A stretch of DNA of 64,000 bases from a virus (taxonomy: Duplodnaviria; Caudoviricetes). Positions 29,018 through 37,812 of the stretch are shown here, one piece after another. Under the pieces are notes generated by a model, which did no database searches, had not been told where the DNA came from, and worked only from the letters and a program-made list of their open reading frames with translations. The translations under genes and the position numbers were made by a program. The stretch spans positions 1-64,000 of the IMG/VR virus record IMGVR_UViG_3300012662_000198; one strand, written 5' to 3'. Position 1 is the stretch's first letter. Each line of letters starts with the position of its first letter.

Positions 29018-29421
29018 ATCCGGTTCTTCTCGCCTTGGTTCTCGATGTACTTGCGTATCACCTCAACGGGCGCTCCGCCCGTGGTCAGCAAACAGAAGCT
29101 ACGGCTCCAGAAATATTCTTTCCAAAGCTTCCGCCTGATTTGCGGATACTCCTGTTTGAGCAGTCGGCTGCTGGCGCTCTTGTACGCGTTGATGAATTTC
29201 GACAGTTCGCTCTTCGGCTGGGCGCGGAACAGGACATGCACATGGTCGATGTCGTGATTCCATTCCTCCAACGTGATGCCATAGTTGGGTGCGATGTACT
29301 CGAATATCTCGCGTGCACGGTCGGAGATTTCGTCATCGAACACTTTGCGACGGTATTTCACGACGAGCACGAGATGGTAGTGCATGAGGAACACCGAATG
29401 ATGATTCGACTCCAATTTCAC
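29014..29421 (-). CDS. tnpA: IS200/IS605 Y1 HUH transposase
   Basis: HYHLVLVVKYRR, DHVHVL (HUH) and KYIENQ (catalytic Tyr). Confidence 0.95.
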   Translation of the reverse strand: MKLESNHHSVFLMHYHLVLVVKYRRKVFDDEISDRAREIFEYIAPNYGITLEEWNHDIDHVHVLFRAQPKSELSKFINAYKSASSRLLKQEYPQIRRKLWKEYFWSRSFCLLTTGGAPVEVIRKYIENQGEKNRI

Positions 29422-29534
29422 TACAAACACCTCGCTTCTCGATATATACGACTGAATACCAGTATAACACACGGGAAAGCCGATTCATCCCCCGCCTACG
29501 CTAACGCTAATAGGCGGGGGAATCCTCGTCAAAA

Positions 29535-29705
29535 TCAGTTGAAACGGTCCGCCCGCGCAATGGATTGTTTCGGAAACGAACGGGAGGACGCCACGACGGT
29601 ATCGGACGTGGTACCAACCGCCAATGCGGGCGAAACCATTATGGCAGATGGGAACAATAGGCTGACGGTCACGCCGACGGCCGTGAGAATCTTTCGCGTA
29701 CTCAT
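29535..29705 (-). pseudogene. N-terminal fragment (signal peptide region) of the NlpC/P60 gene whose C-terminal part is at 32693-33272
   Basis: Unlisted ORF MSTRKILTAVGVTVSLLFPSAIMVSPALA...SSRSFPKQSIARAD with an ATGA overlap to the upstream gene; the SRSFPK segment is typical of bifidobacterial NlpC/P60 N-termini. Confidence 0.65.
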
Positions 29706-30253
29706 AGTCTCATGCCTTGTCTTAATTGGAAGCGGGGTCGAATTCCACCTGAAGAGTCTGGGAATACAGGTGCACTTCCAGAATCAAGGACGCGAACGAG
29801 AACACCGAAGCCGCCATTGGCGACGGTCAAAGCCGTTCTACCGGCATTGCCGAACGAGGGCGTATCCCGCAGCCGAGAACCTTCGGGAACCTCATCGTGG
29901 ATGAGCTTGCGGTCGAGTTCCAGATTCGCTATATCCTCGTAGGCTTCGGCATCGCCCATGGGCGGCATGCGGCGCACGTCCGTCATGGCGACGCCATCAT
30001 GCACGTGCGCAGTGCAGATGACCGGCTTATCAGGTGTGATGGTTCCGTCCTGCTCGAACCAGCATGAATGTCCGGGCAGGACGGACTTGCTGTTTCCCCT
30101 AACCGGGTCTCCACCGTCGGTACCGTAGACGGCATGACGCCGGTTTGTTCCAGTGAAGATGGTCATAGTGCCGCCCTTGTTGCCGACGACCGTCCAGTCG
30201 ATTTTTTCGACGCACAGGTCGCTTATTTCTTGTGCGGCTTTCTCGTCTAACAT
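29702..30253 (-). CDS. Hypothetical protein
   Basis: 183-aa ORF in an operon with the CHAP gene. Confidence 0.6.
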   Translation of the reverse strand: MLDEKAAQEISDLCVEKIDWTVVGNKGGTMTIFTGTNRRHAVYGTDGGDPVRGNSKSVLPGHSCWFEQDGTITPDKPVICTAHVHDGVAMTDVRRMPPMGDAEAYEDIANLELDRKLIHDEVPEGSRLRDTPSFGNAGRTALTVANGGFGVLVRVLDSGSAPVFPDSSGGIRPRFQLRQGMRL

Positions 30254-30295
30254 GTTTCTGAATCCTTATTTTTCGTACGGGTTTACCTCTCCGAA

Positions 30296-31066
30296 CTAGT
30301 AGTGGATGAACTGCAACTGCGAAGCCTGTTCGGCGGTGAACGTGCGGCTGAACGGTTTGCCATTGTATGCGCTACCGCATTCGGACGTGGTGATTGAACC
30401 ATCCGCGCCCACGGACTCGACTATCCCCACATGGCCGTACGTACCATCGGACTGGTATTGGCCGCGTTGGAAGCAAATCACGTCGCCGACGAGGGGAGTG
30501 TCGTCCACCCAATAGCCGAGTCTCCTCGCAGTGTCCGCCCAATCCGCGCCATTGCCCATGTGGGAGCCTGCGGGCAGGCCCAACTGGTGTCGGCGCACGT
30601 AAGCCCACCAAGTGCATTGGCTGAACTCGTACGCGTTGCCCGTATCCCCGGTCGCATGGTTCGGATTGAAGCCCTCCGGCGTATGGCCTTCGTCGCGTCC
30701 GTTAATCAACGATTTGACCACCGGATTGTCGGCGCTGATGACGGTCAGCTTGCCAGTCACCCCATCGGAGTCTGCCATGCTCCAACTGCCGTCATTGCTG
30801 GTGGCCTTGTAATCCTTCAAAGCCTCACGCGGGGAGCCACGGGACGCGGCACCGGTTTCGGTCAACGTGGCTCGTGTGACGGCGGTGCTCGTGTCGAACG
30901 GTTTCGCCTCCGCGTAGGCGCTCGGCGTCGGCTTCAACATGAGCATCGACGTTCCGGCGGCGGCGAACATCCCGGCAAGCAGACAGACGGCTATGCGACG
31001 TTGAAACAGCCTACGTCTGCGTTGCATGACCCTAGTGGGAGCCTTCTTATGTGCGGGTGAACCCAA
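30296..31066 (-). CDS. CHAP-domain peptidoglycan hydrolase
   Basis: N-terminal TM; QCTWWA (Cys), GHVGIVE (His), SE. Confidence 0.9.
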   Translation of the reverse strand: MGSPAHKKAPTRVMQRRRRLFQRRIAVCLLAGMFAAAGTSMLMLKPTPSAYAEAKPFDTSTAVTRATLTETGAASRGSPREALKDYKATSNDGSWSMADSDGVTGKLTVISADNPVVKSLINGRDEGHTPEGFNPNHATGDTGNAYEFSQCTWWAYVRRHQLGLPAGSHMGNGADWADTARRLGYWVDDTPLVGDVICFQRGQYQSDGTYGHVGIVESVGADGSITTSECGSAYNGKPFSRTFTAEQASQLQFIHY

Positions 31067-31067
31067 T

Positions 31068-31394
31068 TTAACACTCCGATTCTTCCTGTGCGGAGAAGAA
31101 CTGCGGGCCGCCGATGCACTTGTCGAACTGGTAGGTGTCCGGAGTGCCCATCATGCGACGAAGCAACGGCGCATGCTTGGTGACAATCCTGTTCTTGAAC
31201 AATCCGCCCACGGAATCCCAAGTCACGTTGATGGTCCTGCCGGAATCGTTCTCCAACGTGGCCTTATGCACTGGTTCCTCCCAGCCCGGCGCGGTGTGTT
31301 CTCCGGCGGGGAGATAAAAGAAGCTTATATGCTGTCCCTTGCGGATTTCCGCCGGATACAACGTGTTATCCATGAATATTTTTATCGACGCCAC
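31068..31394 (-). CDS. Hypothetical protein
   Basis: 108-aa ORF directly upstream of the CHAP gene. Confidence 0.6.
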   Translation of the reverse strand: MASIKIFMDNTLYPAEIRKGQHISFFYLPAGEHTAPGWEEPVHKATLENDSGRTINVTWDSVGGLFKNRIVTKHAPLLRRMMGTPDTYQFDKCIGGPQFFSAQEESEC

Positions 31395-31627
31395 TTATAG
31401 TTCCTTTGAGTTCGGGGGTTATCGTTCCAATTCAATGGTACCGGCTGTTCGACGTGGCTGAACAGGAAAACGCGCCATTCGTACGCGCTTTTGGGTTGGG
31501 GAACAGGATTTTGATATTTCGTTTCTGACATAATCTACATTATCGGCGTCGTATAATCAAACCAATGACACATTGGCACTTCCCTGATTCTTGGAAGTGC
31601 CAATGTGTCATCCCGCGCTTTTTGTGG

Positions 31628-32203
31628 TCAGAATTCCGGTTCGGCGTCCTGTCCCGTTGGTGCGGGATTGTTGGCCGGAAGCGACCATGGGTCGTCCGAT
31701 GGAGCCGTTCGGAAGTTGTCCGCACCGTAATTGTTCGGGTTCTGGTAGACCTGCGGGCCGTTCGAGTTCTGGTGGTTCTGCGCATTGTTCTGGAACGTCT
31801 GTCCGTTGGCGTGGTTGCCGCCGTCGTATCCGCCGTTGCGTCTCGGGTTCGGCATGACCTGTGCGGTGGCGCGTCGGAGGCTTACGCCGATGTTGGTGAC
31901 GGTGAATTCCACCGTCGAGCGTTTCTGTCCGGTCTGCTGGTCGGTCCAACTGTTCTGTTTCACGTCGGCCACCGCCACCACTTCCATACCTTTGCGGAGT
32001 GTGGAGATGATGTTGTTGCCGAGTGTGGTGTCCCACACTTTGCATCGGGCGAAAAGCGTCTGCCCGTCTTTCCACTCGCCGGTCTTCTTGTCCTGATAGC
32101 GGGTGCCTTCCGCAATGGAGAATTCAACCAGATTGGGGTTGCGCTGGTTGCGTTGCGGGTCGTCGGTGAGTCGGCCTTCGAGAATCGTGGTTGGGATTGG
32201 CAT
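31628..32203 (-). CDS. ssb: Single-stranded DNA-binding protein
   Basis: GRLTDDP...F.IA...W...TLRKGM.V...G...SL; G/N-rich linker; DDPW and acidic EPEF tail. Confidence 0.9.
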   Translation of the reverse strand: MPIPTTILEGRLTDDPQRNQRNPNLVEFSIAEGTRYQDKKTGEWKDGQTLFARCKVWDTTLGNNIISTLRKGMEVVAVADVKQNSWTDQQTGQKRSTVEFTVTNIGVSLRRATAQVMPNPRRNGGYDGGNHANGQTFQNNAQNHQNSNGPQVYQNPNNYGADNFRTAPSDDPWSLPANNPAPTGQDAEPEF

Positions 32204-32307
32204 GTGTGGGCCTTTCATTAGATTTTGTGAACTATCCCAGTATAGCAGATATTGTTGCGAGGTCAGGAAAATGTCGTGGGAGATAAGGAACTAGTTGTAA
32301 GACATTC

Positions 32308-32650
32308 TCAACGGAATCGACTACTGTTTTTTTCTTCTAACTCCCCAAGCAGTTCTTCCGTCTCTCGAAGATAATTACGAATGCCCTTCGCGGCAGTCAG
32401 TCGAGAGAACAGCTCGTTGTGAGACGATAGTCTGACGGCAATTACCGTGATAGAAGACCCCGCCACCCTGTACACGAGCAACACGTCCTTACGTACATGC
32501 AGTTCCCTGAACCCTTTCCATTGACCAACCAACGCGTGGGCTCGATATTTAGTATCCAGAACGTCTCTATCGTTGGACAACAGAGCTTCGAACACCTCAT
32601 TCAGAGACGACAGGTCGGTATGTCTTTTGCTCAGGCTCTTATAGTCTCTC
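32308..32650 (-). pseudogene. YafQ/RelE-family toxin lacking its first ~10 residues
   Basis: RDYKSLSKRH...Y.AHAL.GQWKGFRELHV..DVLLVYR...RL.SH.ELF; the reading frame begins directly at the palindrome. Confidence 0.8.
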
Positions 32651-32692
32651 GTGACATTCTCCCCCGCCTCTACAGGCGGGGGAGAATGTCAC
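32651..32692. repeat. 42-bp palindrome made of two back-to-back IS605 right ends (GTGAC...GTCAC)
   Basis: gtgacattctcccccgcc-tctaca-ggcgggggagaatgtcac; 32661-32692 is the exact reverse complement of 27718-27749. Confidence 0.9.
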
Positions 32693-33272
32693 AGAGTCCG
32701 TCAGCACCGACGTGCAGTCCGATGCGGATTGGGGTGGCGTTGAAACGTTGAACGTGCCGCAAACCAAATCCCAAGCCGAAAAAGACGCGGAAGCCAAGGC
32801 TCGACAGGAGGAGGAGGCCCGCAAGCAGGCTCAGGAGCGGGCGGCACAACAGGCCCAAGAACAGGCCCTCCGACAGGAGGAGGCCAGTCGAAGCGCGGAA
32901 CGGACCGACATCAATCCCCCAGTGTCCAAAACCGGACAGGCCGTAGCCGAATACGCCATGCAATTCAGTGGATACCCGTACGTGTATGGCGGCAACCAGC
33001 CGTCCGGGTGGGATTGCTCCGGCTTCGTCCAATACGTGTTCTCCCAATTCGGTGCCAGTCTCCCTCATCAGTCGGGTAGTCAAATGAGCGTAGGCTCTCC
33101 CGTCTCGTCATTGGCGGAAGCCCAGCCGGGAGACATCCTCGTCAACTCTCATCATTCCGCCATTTACATAGGCAACGGCATGGTCATGAACGCCATGAAC
33201 CCCGTACAGGGCACCCAGATTGCGAGCGTCGCGGTCATGGGTGGCGGTTATTCGATTAGACGCGTGGTCTGA
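32693..33272 (+). pseudogene. NlpC/P60 endopeptidase, C-terminal part
   Basis: ESVSTDV..DWGGVETL.VPQTKS; PYVYGG, WDCSGF, HSAIY; no start codon or signal peptide after the palindrome. Confidence 0.85.
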
Positions 33273-33327
33273 TGGAAAATACCTTAAGCTGGAAAATATC
33301 AACCTCTAATTTGAAAGGCGTCACAAC

Positions 33328-33726
33328 ATGAGCGACCAGAACTACAACCCGCAACCATACCAGCCGCAGACCCAACCACAGTACCAGCAACCCCAATACG
33401 CACGACCGCAGGCCAACCCTTATATGGCAAACCAACAGTACGCGCAGACCCCGCAATACGAGCAACAACAGTACATGCAGTACCGGTACGGCCAGCAACC
33501 CTACATGGGCCAGCGACCCGCCGACACCGGTTCGTTCGGCTGGGCCGTGTTGGGGTTCTTCTTCCCCATCGTCGGCCTCATCCTATTCCTCGTCTGGAAG
33601 ACCGAGAAACCGGTCAGCGCGAAACAGGCGGGCATGGGAGCACTCGTATCTGTCGTCGCCGCAGTGGTTCTATGGTGTTTGCTTATTGTGTTCGCCGCGA
33701 TAATCGGTAGCGCCGTCACATACTGA
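33328..33726 (+). CDS. Q/P/Y-rich small membrane protein
   Basis: DTGSFGWAVLGFFFPIVGLILFLVW motif, common in bifidobacterial membrane proteins. Confidence 0.75.
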   Translation: MSDQNYNPQPYQPQTQPQYQQPQYARPQANPYMANQQYAQTPQYEQQQYMQYRYGQQPYMGQRPADTGSFGWAVLGFFFPIVGLILFLVWKTEKPVSAKQAGMGALVSVVAAVVLWCLLIVFAAIIGSAVTY

Positions 33727-33909
33727 ATTTGACGTCCTGAACCGTAAAAACCTGCTATTAGACAAAAACAACCTTGCGATACTTTACGATGAATGTTGGA
33801 AGCCGACAGTCGGTTCCTATCCAAAACGAGGATAAAGGATTGGAATAATAGACAATTCCGTTTCAATCCTTTCCTTGTTCCCCTAGAAGCAAGGAGAGAA
33901 ACAGTGACC

Positions 33910-34395
33910 ATGCGACAGCCGCAAGTCAACGTGAACATCAACCAACCGGCCACACCGCAACAACCCATGGTCCCGCCGCAACAGACCCCAATCCGGCAGA
34001 GCAGTCTCCGAACCAAACGTAGCCTGCTCAAATACGTGCTCCTCGGTATCGTCTCCCTCGGCGTCTACGACATTTGGCAGATGAGCGAGGTCGGTACCAC
34101 GTTGAACCTCATCGCCACACGGCGTGACGGCAGACGCACCATGCACTACTGTCTCATGTTCTTCCTCATCGGCTGGTTGACCTTCGGCGTCGGCTGGCTC
34201 GTCTGGTATCACAAGCTCAGTGGACGCATCGGCGACGAACAGGCCGCCCGCGGACTGCCGGTCACCGTCACCGCTGCAACCTACTGGCTGTGGAATGTCC
34301 TCGGCTCCCTCATCATCGTCGGACCGTTCGTCTACACGTACAAGCTTCTGCACGCCATGAACGACCTGTGCTCGGACTGCAACGTGCGCGGCTGA
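33910..34395 (+). CDS. DUF4234-like membrane protein
   Basis: RSLLKYVLLGIVSLGVY.IW...T.G.GWLVW...GP..Y..KL..AMN. Confidence 0.7.
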   Translation: MRQPQVNVNINQPATPQQPMVPPQQTPIRQSSLRTKRSLLKYVLLGIVSLGVYDIWQMSEVGTTLNLIATRRDGRRTMHYCLMFFLIGWLTFGVGWLVWYHKLSGRIGDEQAARGLPVTVTAATYWLWNVLGSLIIVGPFVYTYKLLHAMNDLCSDCNVRG

Positions 34396-34417
34396 AAAAA
34401 GGAAGGAACGGTGCATC

Positions 34418-34588
34418 ATGGCTACTTTCATTCTCGGACTCTTCATCGGCGCTCTACTTGGCATGATTGTCCTCAGCATGTGCGTGACAGCCTCACGGTC
34501 CGACCGCAAGGCGCTCGTTGAAACCCATGTAAGCGACGTCGAAGAGCATGTGGTCCAAGACAAGGAAACAGCTGAGAAAAATGCTTAA
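34418..34588 (+). CDS. Small DUF3789-like membrane peptide (not in ORF track)
   Basis: RBS ggaagga; MATFILGLFIGALLGMIVLSMCVTASRSD... Confidence 0.6.
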   Translation: MATFILGLFIGALLGMIVLSMCVTASRSDRKALVETHVSDVEEHVVQDKETAEKNA

Positions 34589-35453
34589 CCTGAAACAGGA
34601 TATTGCGCGGAGTGTCCGTCTGACCGTTCCAAGCGTTTTGGCGTTGGCGCTCCTATCCGTCGGCGCACCATCCTACGCGAACCCCGCCACGGGCAGCATC
34701 CCGGTCGGACGGTCGGCCACGCAGGTGTTGAGCACGCTCACGGTCGGAACGAAATCCAACGCGTCCTCCGACCGTAAAAGCCACCAGTGGAACAAGGTGG
34801 ACGGCAAGACCGGCAACTACACGACGAGAGACCTCGTGTTGGAACGTGATATGAGCGACGTGACCCATAACGCTCGCGGCAACGTGAACACCGGCACCCT
34901 ATTGGAACCGTACACAGGCAAGACCATCCACTTCCAACGCGGAGCCTCGAACAAGTCCGAGGGCGGTAGCGCGTCAAACCGCGACGGTGGGATACAGATA
35001 GACCATGTGGTCGCCTACGCGGAGGCATACCGTTCCGGTTTGAACAGGCTCTCGTTCCAGCAGCGGGACTCCTACTATAACGACCCCGACGTGCTGCTCG
35101 CATCCCAAGCGGAAGCCAACAATGTGAAGAAGGACGGCACCATCGCCGAATGGGAGCCGTCCAACCAAGCGTTCCAATGCGATTACGCGAGTCTGCAAAT
35201 CGGCATCAAGGCAAAGTACGGACTGACGGTGGACCAAAGGGAGCATGACGCGTTGGCGAAAACGTTGGCTTCATGCCCGTCCGAGACCATCATCTCCACC
35301 GGTCAGGTGAGACAACGGCTGGCGGGGGAATCCGGGTCGGGCAATATCGGTGGCTCCGGCAACGGCCATGCGTCGAGTGGAAGCCATGTGTCAACGTCCG
35401 GGAGGGGCTGGGTCAGGAATCTGTTCGACGGACTGCTGAAACGGTTCCTCTGA
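34581..35453 (+). CDS. Secreted HNH nuclease (DUF1524 family)
   Basis: Signal peptide; RDLVL.RD, PYTGK, IDHVVA...A..SG and N.DP..LLA...AN..K motifs. Confidence 0.8.
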   Translation: MLNLKQDIARSVRLTVPSVLALALLSVGAPSYANPATGSIPVGRSATQVLSTLTVGTKSNASSDRKSHQWNKVDGKTGNYTTRDLVLERDMSDVTHNARGNVNTGTLLEPYTGKTIHFQRGASNKSEGGSASNRDGGIQIDHVVAYAEAYRSGLNRLSFQQRDSYYNDPDVLLASQAEANNVKKDGTIAEWEPSNQAFQCDYASLQIGIKAKYGLTVDQREHDALAKTLASCPSETIISTGQVRQRLAGESGSGNIGGSGNGHASSGSHVSTSGRGWVRNLFDGLLKRFL

Positions 35454-35495
35454 CATCGAGGACGCCGAAGTGGGTCTCGTGAAGTATCGTCTTCG

Positions 35496-35522
35496 CCCCG
35501 TCGTCTTTACGGCGGGGTTTTC
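35496..35522 (+). terminator. Intrinsic terminator
   Basis: ccccgtcgt/acggcgggg stem followed by a T-run. Confidence 0.65.
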
Positions 35523-35567
35523 TTCTGCCTCTTTACCATGCTAAACTGGAATCACTTACATTTATTA

Positions 35568-35619
35568 GTGGTTTACCCCAGCTTTAAAAGGCGGGGCTTG
35601 CGCCGCCAGTTCGGTCAAC
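35568..35619 (-). mobile_element. Orphan IS605 left end related to the element at 49431-51040
   Basis: 45 of 52 nt identical to 50995-51046, including the TTGAC target; no tnpB or right end follows. Confidence 0.8.
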
Positions 35620-35743
35620 ATGCTGAAGGCCGAATGGTGCGACTTGTGCGGAAGACATGCCATCCGCATCGTGTTCAGCCCGGAAGGGCGGCCCGTTGGC
35701 ATGTGCGGCCAATGCAAAACCCGTACCTAGACTAGGGGGTCGC

Positions 35744-36219
35744 GTGAACTACAGCAAATGCGATGAAAACCTCGGCATGATGCTCGACCGGTTCGGGGCG
35801 GAGAACGCCATATTCCTGTTTTTCAAGGACGGCAACGCGTATTTCGACCCGAAGGTCTCAAGGCCGGGGAACTGCGCAATAACCGGTATATCCGAAGCCT
35901 GCACCGCATCTGGAAACGCAAGTCGCGGATTGCCGGATGGCGTGGCTGGGAACTGGGCGTGGACACGCCGTTCGACTCCCGCGCATACAAGCGCCTGAAC
36001 GAGGACGAACAGCTCCGTCTGCTTTCGCAACTTTCATTCGCCAAGAACACGGTGAGATACGTCGAGCAGATTGCCGACGCCGGGGACAGTGGTCTTGTCG
36101 ATGATTTGGCGTCCGCCATGAAAGCGGTTCACGCCCGTTTGGAGGAAGCCGCTGAACATACCGACCTCCCCCGGTACGCGACAAGACCGAAACCGAGGGT
36201 TGATAGTGTCAAACCCTAA
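35744..36219 (+). pseudogene. Frameshifted hypothetical gene
   Basis: VNYSK...YFDPK continues in another frame as GLKAGELRNNRYIRSLHRIWKRK...; consistent with a 1-nt deletion near 35853. Confidence 0.5.
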
Positions 36220-36434
36220 TGGTTCCAACGGTTCCGACACGCATAAGGGTTTGACCGGAACATCATATTCCGTATACTTGATGATGCGTTCGACCGGTGG
36301 GTTGGACGCCTCATAATTTGACGACTATCTGCGTAAAAAGACTTCCGTCTTTTTCTCCTTTTGGTCTGGCTTTTTATGTGTGGACATTCGAAGGCCCCGC
36401 CACTGTGCGGGGTCTTCGTTTACTCGGACGCGGG

Positions 36435-37309
36435 TCAGAACGGATTGCCGTTCGTTCCAGCAACCGGCATGGACGGCTGTTCGGACGATTCCACCATTGG
36501 AACGTCCACGACGTTACGGCTCCCCGATTCCAAGGATTTCCTGCACGGAAACACCTTCAAGATTCTTAGTCGAGGATTCCCCGCCTAAGAATCTTGAACC
36601 GTTCCTTGAATCTGCGGGGCGGAGTGCCCGATGAATCGAACTGCATTTGCAGACTGCTCCAAGGGATTAGAACAGGCTTGCTGATGTAGTAGGTTCTGCG
36701 GGCGAGCCACTGGTAGATGTCCAACGCTCTGTAGGATTTTCCTAGATTCATCACAATCTCCCGATTGAGAGGAACGGGGTTCTCATTGAGGATTTCCCAC
36801 ATAGGCTCGGAGAATCCGATATACGAGCCTATCTTGTATTCGTCGGAGTTTCGGTCGAAGCATATGTGCGTATAGTCGGCAACGACAACATTGATGGCGT
36901 CGTGGACGGTTCTCCCCTGCTCGTCCTTGAACCAATTCGGTCACTTGGAAGACCGTGCCGCCCAGATTCTCCAACATGCGGGTAACTTGTCCACGCTGCC
37001 CGTTGGCTGCTATTCCCGTGTTCTTGCAGAACGAGTTGAAGGTTTCGTCCAGATGGATTGTCTTGTTTTCGAAATCGACCATGGGGAACCCTCTTTTATG
37101 AGGGTCTGCGCATACAGGAGGAACAGGCGGGGTATCTTCCCGTAGGCCCATTGCCCGTTTCTTGGAGTGGTTGTCATCGAGACTATTCCGTTGCCTCGGT
37201 GCAGGCAGGGGGTGTCGGGTTTGTCGACTGGAAGCAGTGAGACCACTGAAGAGAGGTTGGCTGTGTAGGTGATTGTCTTATTGCCGGGGTCAATGATATT
37301 CTTGTGCAT
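36435..37309 (-). pseudogene. repA: Plasmid replication protein RepA (RepA_C family), inactivated
   Basis: YGKIPRLFLL and ALDIYQWLA.R...IPW..L..QF motifs and a KVFPCRKS...NPF tail; frameshifts near 37083 and 36939; a fold-back deletion at 36556-36598. Confidence 0.8.
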
Positions 37310-37344
37310 GTAATCGGGCTTCCTTATCGTTGACCGATGCTATT

Positions 37345-37381
37345 CCTCGTCTCGGGCATACGGGACGAGGTTTTTTATTTT
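37345..37381 (+). terminator. Terminator antisense to the repA leader (possible ctRNA end)
   Basis: cctcgtctcg/cgggacgagg stem followed by T6, on the strand opposite repA. Confidence 0.5.
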
Positions 37382-37427
37382 CATCATAGCGGCGTCCTCG
37401 ATGTTTTCGAAAACCGTGGTTGTTGTC

Positions 37428-37625
37428 TCTTACATTCGCGGGCAGAAGTCTTACATTCGCGGGCAGTTATAGCCTCTAAGCCCTTATGGGAGTAAGGCTG
37501 AGGACACCGGCAATAGTACAATAGATACAATAGTTTACATAAGTATTTGTGACGCCGAATTTCTAAATGCTCTGGAAAATAACAAAATCGGTTAATATCC
37601 AAAAAGGGATGAAATGTTTTTTACG
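37428..37625. promoter_or_regulatory. Iteron-like repeats and AT-rich tract (oriV of the dead RepA replicon)
   Basis: tcttacattcgcgggcag at 37428 and 37449 (21-bp period); three caatag repeats; AT-rich 37510-37625. Confidence 0.6.
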
Positions 37626-37812
37626 ATTTTTCCCAGTCGCGTCTCGTCGTTCTCGAAACCAGATACCTCGCATGCTATAGTGGAATGGTTTGCACAAAGG
37701 GAATGGCCTTCGACGTAAACAAGAAAACTGTTTCACTCAAAGCCCTCCCCCAAAGAACAAAACCGTTAAACTGGATATGTCCACAACGCAAACCCGTCAA
37801 AGGAACGAAAGC

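Larger units (their letters stand above)
27718..29527 (-). mobile_element. Complete IS605-family element (tnpA + tnpB), ~1.81 kb
   Basis: Left end: TTGAC then gaggattcccccgcc...ggcggggg hairpin. Right end: cccccgcctctacaggcggggg...TCAC. Both ORFs intact. Confidence 0.9.

Noticed and set aside
29528-29547. Precise IS excision restoring NlpC/P60 after inversion
   Set aside because: The rejoined sequence has 19-20 extra nt with an in-frame TGA, so the gene would stay broken.
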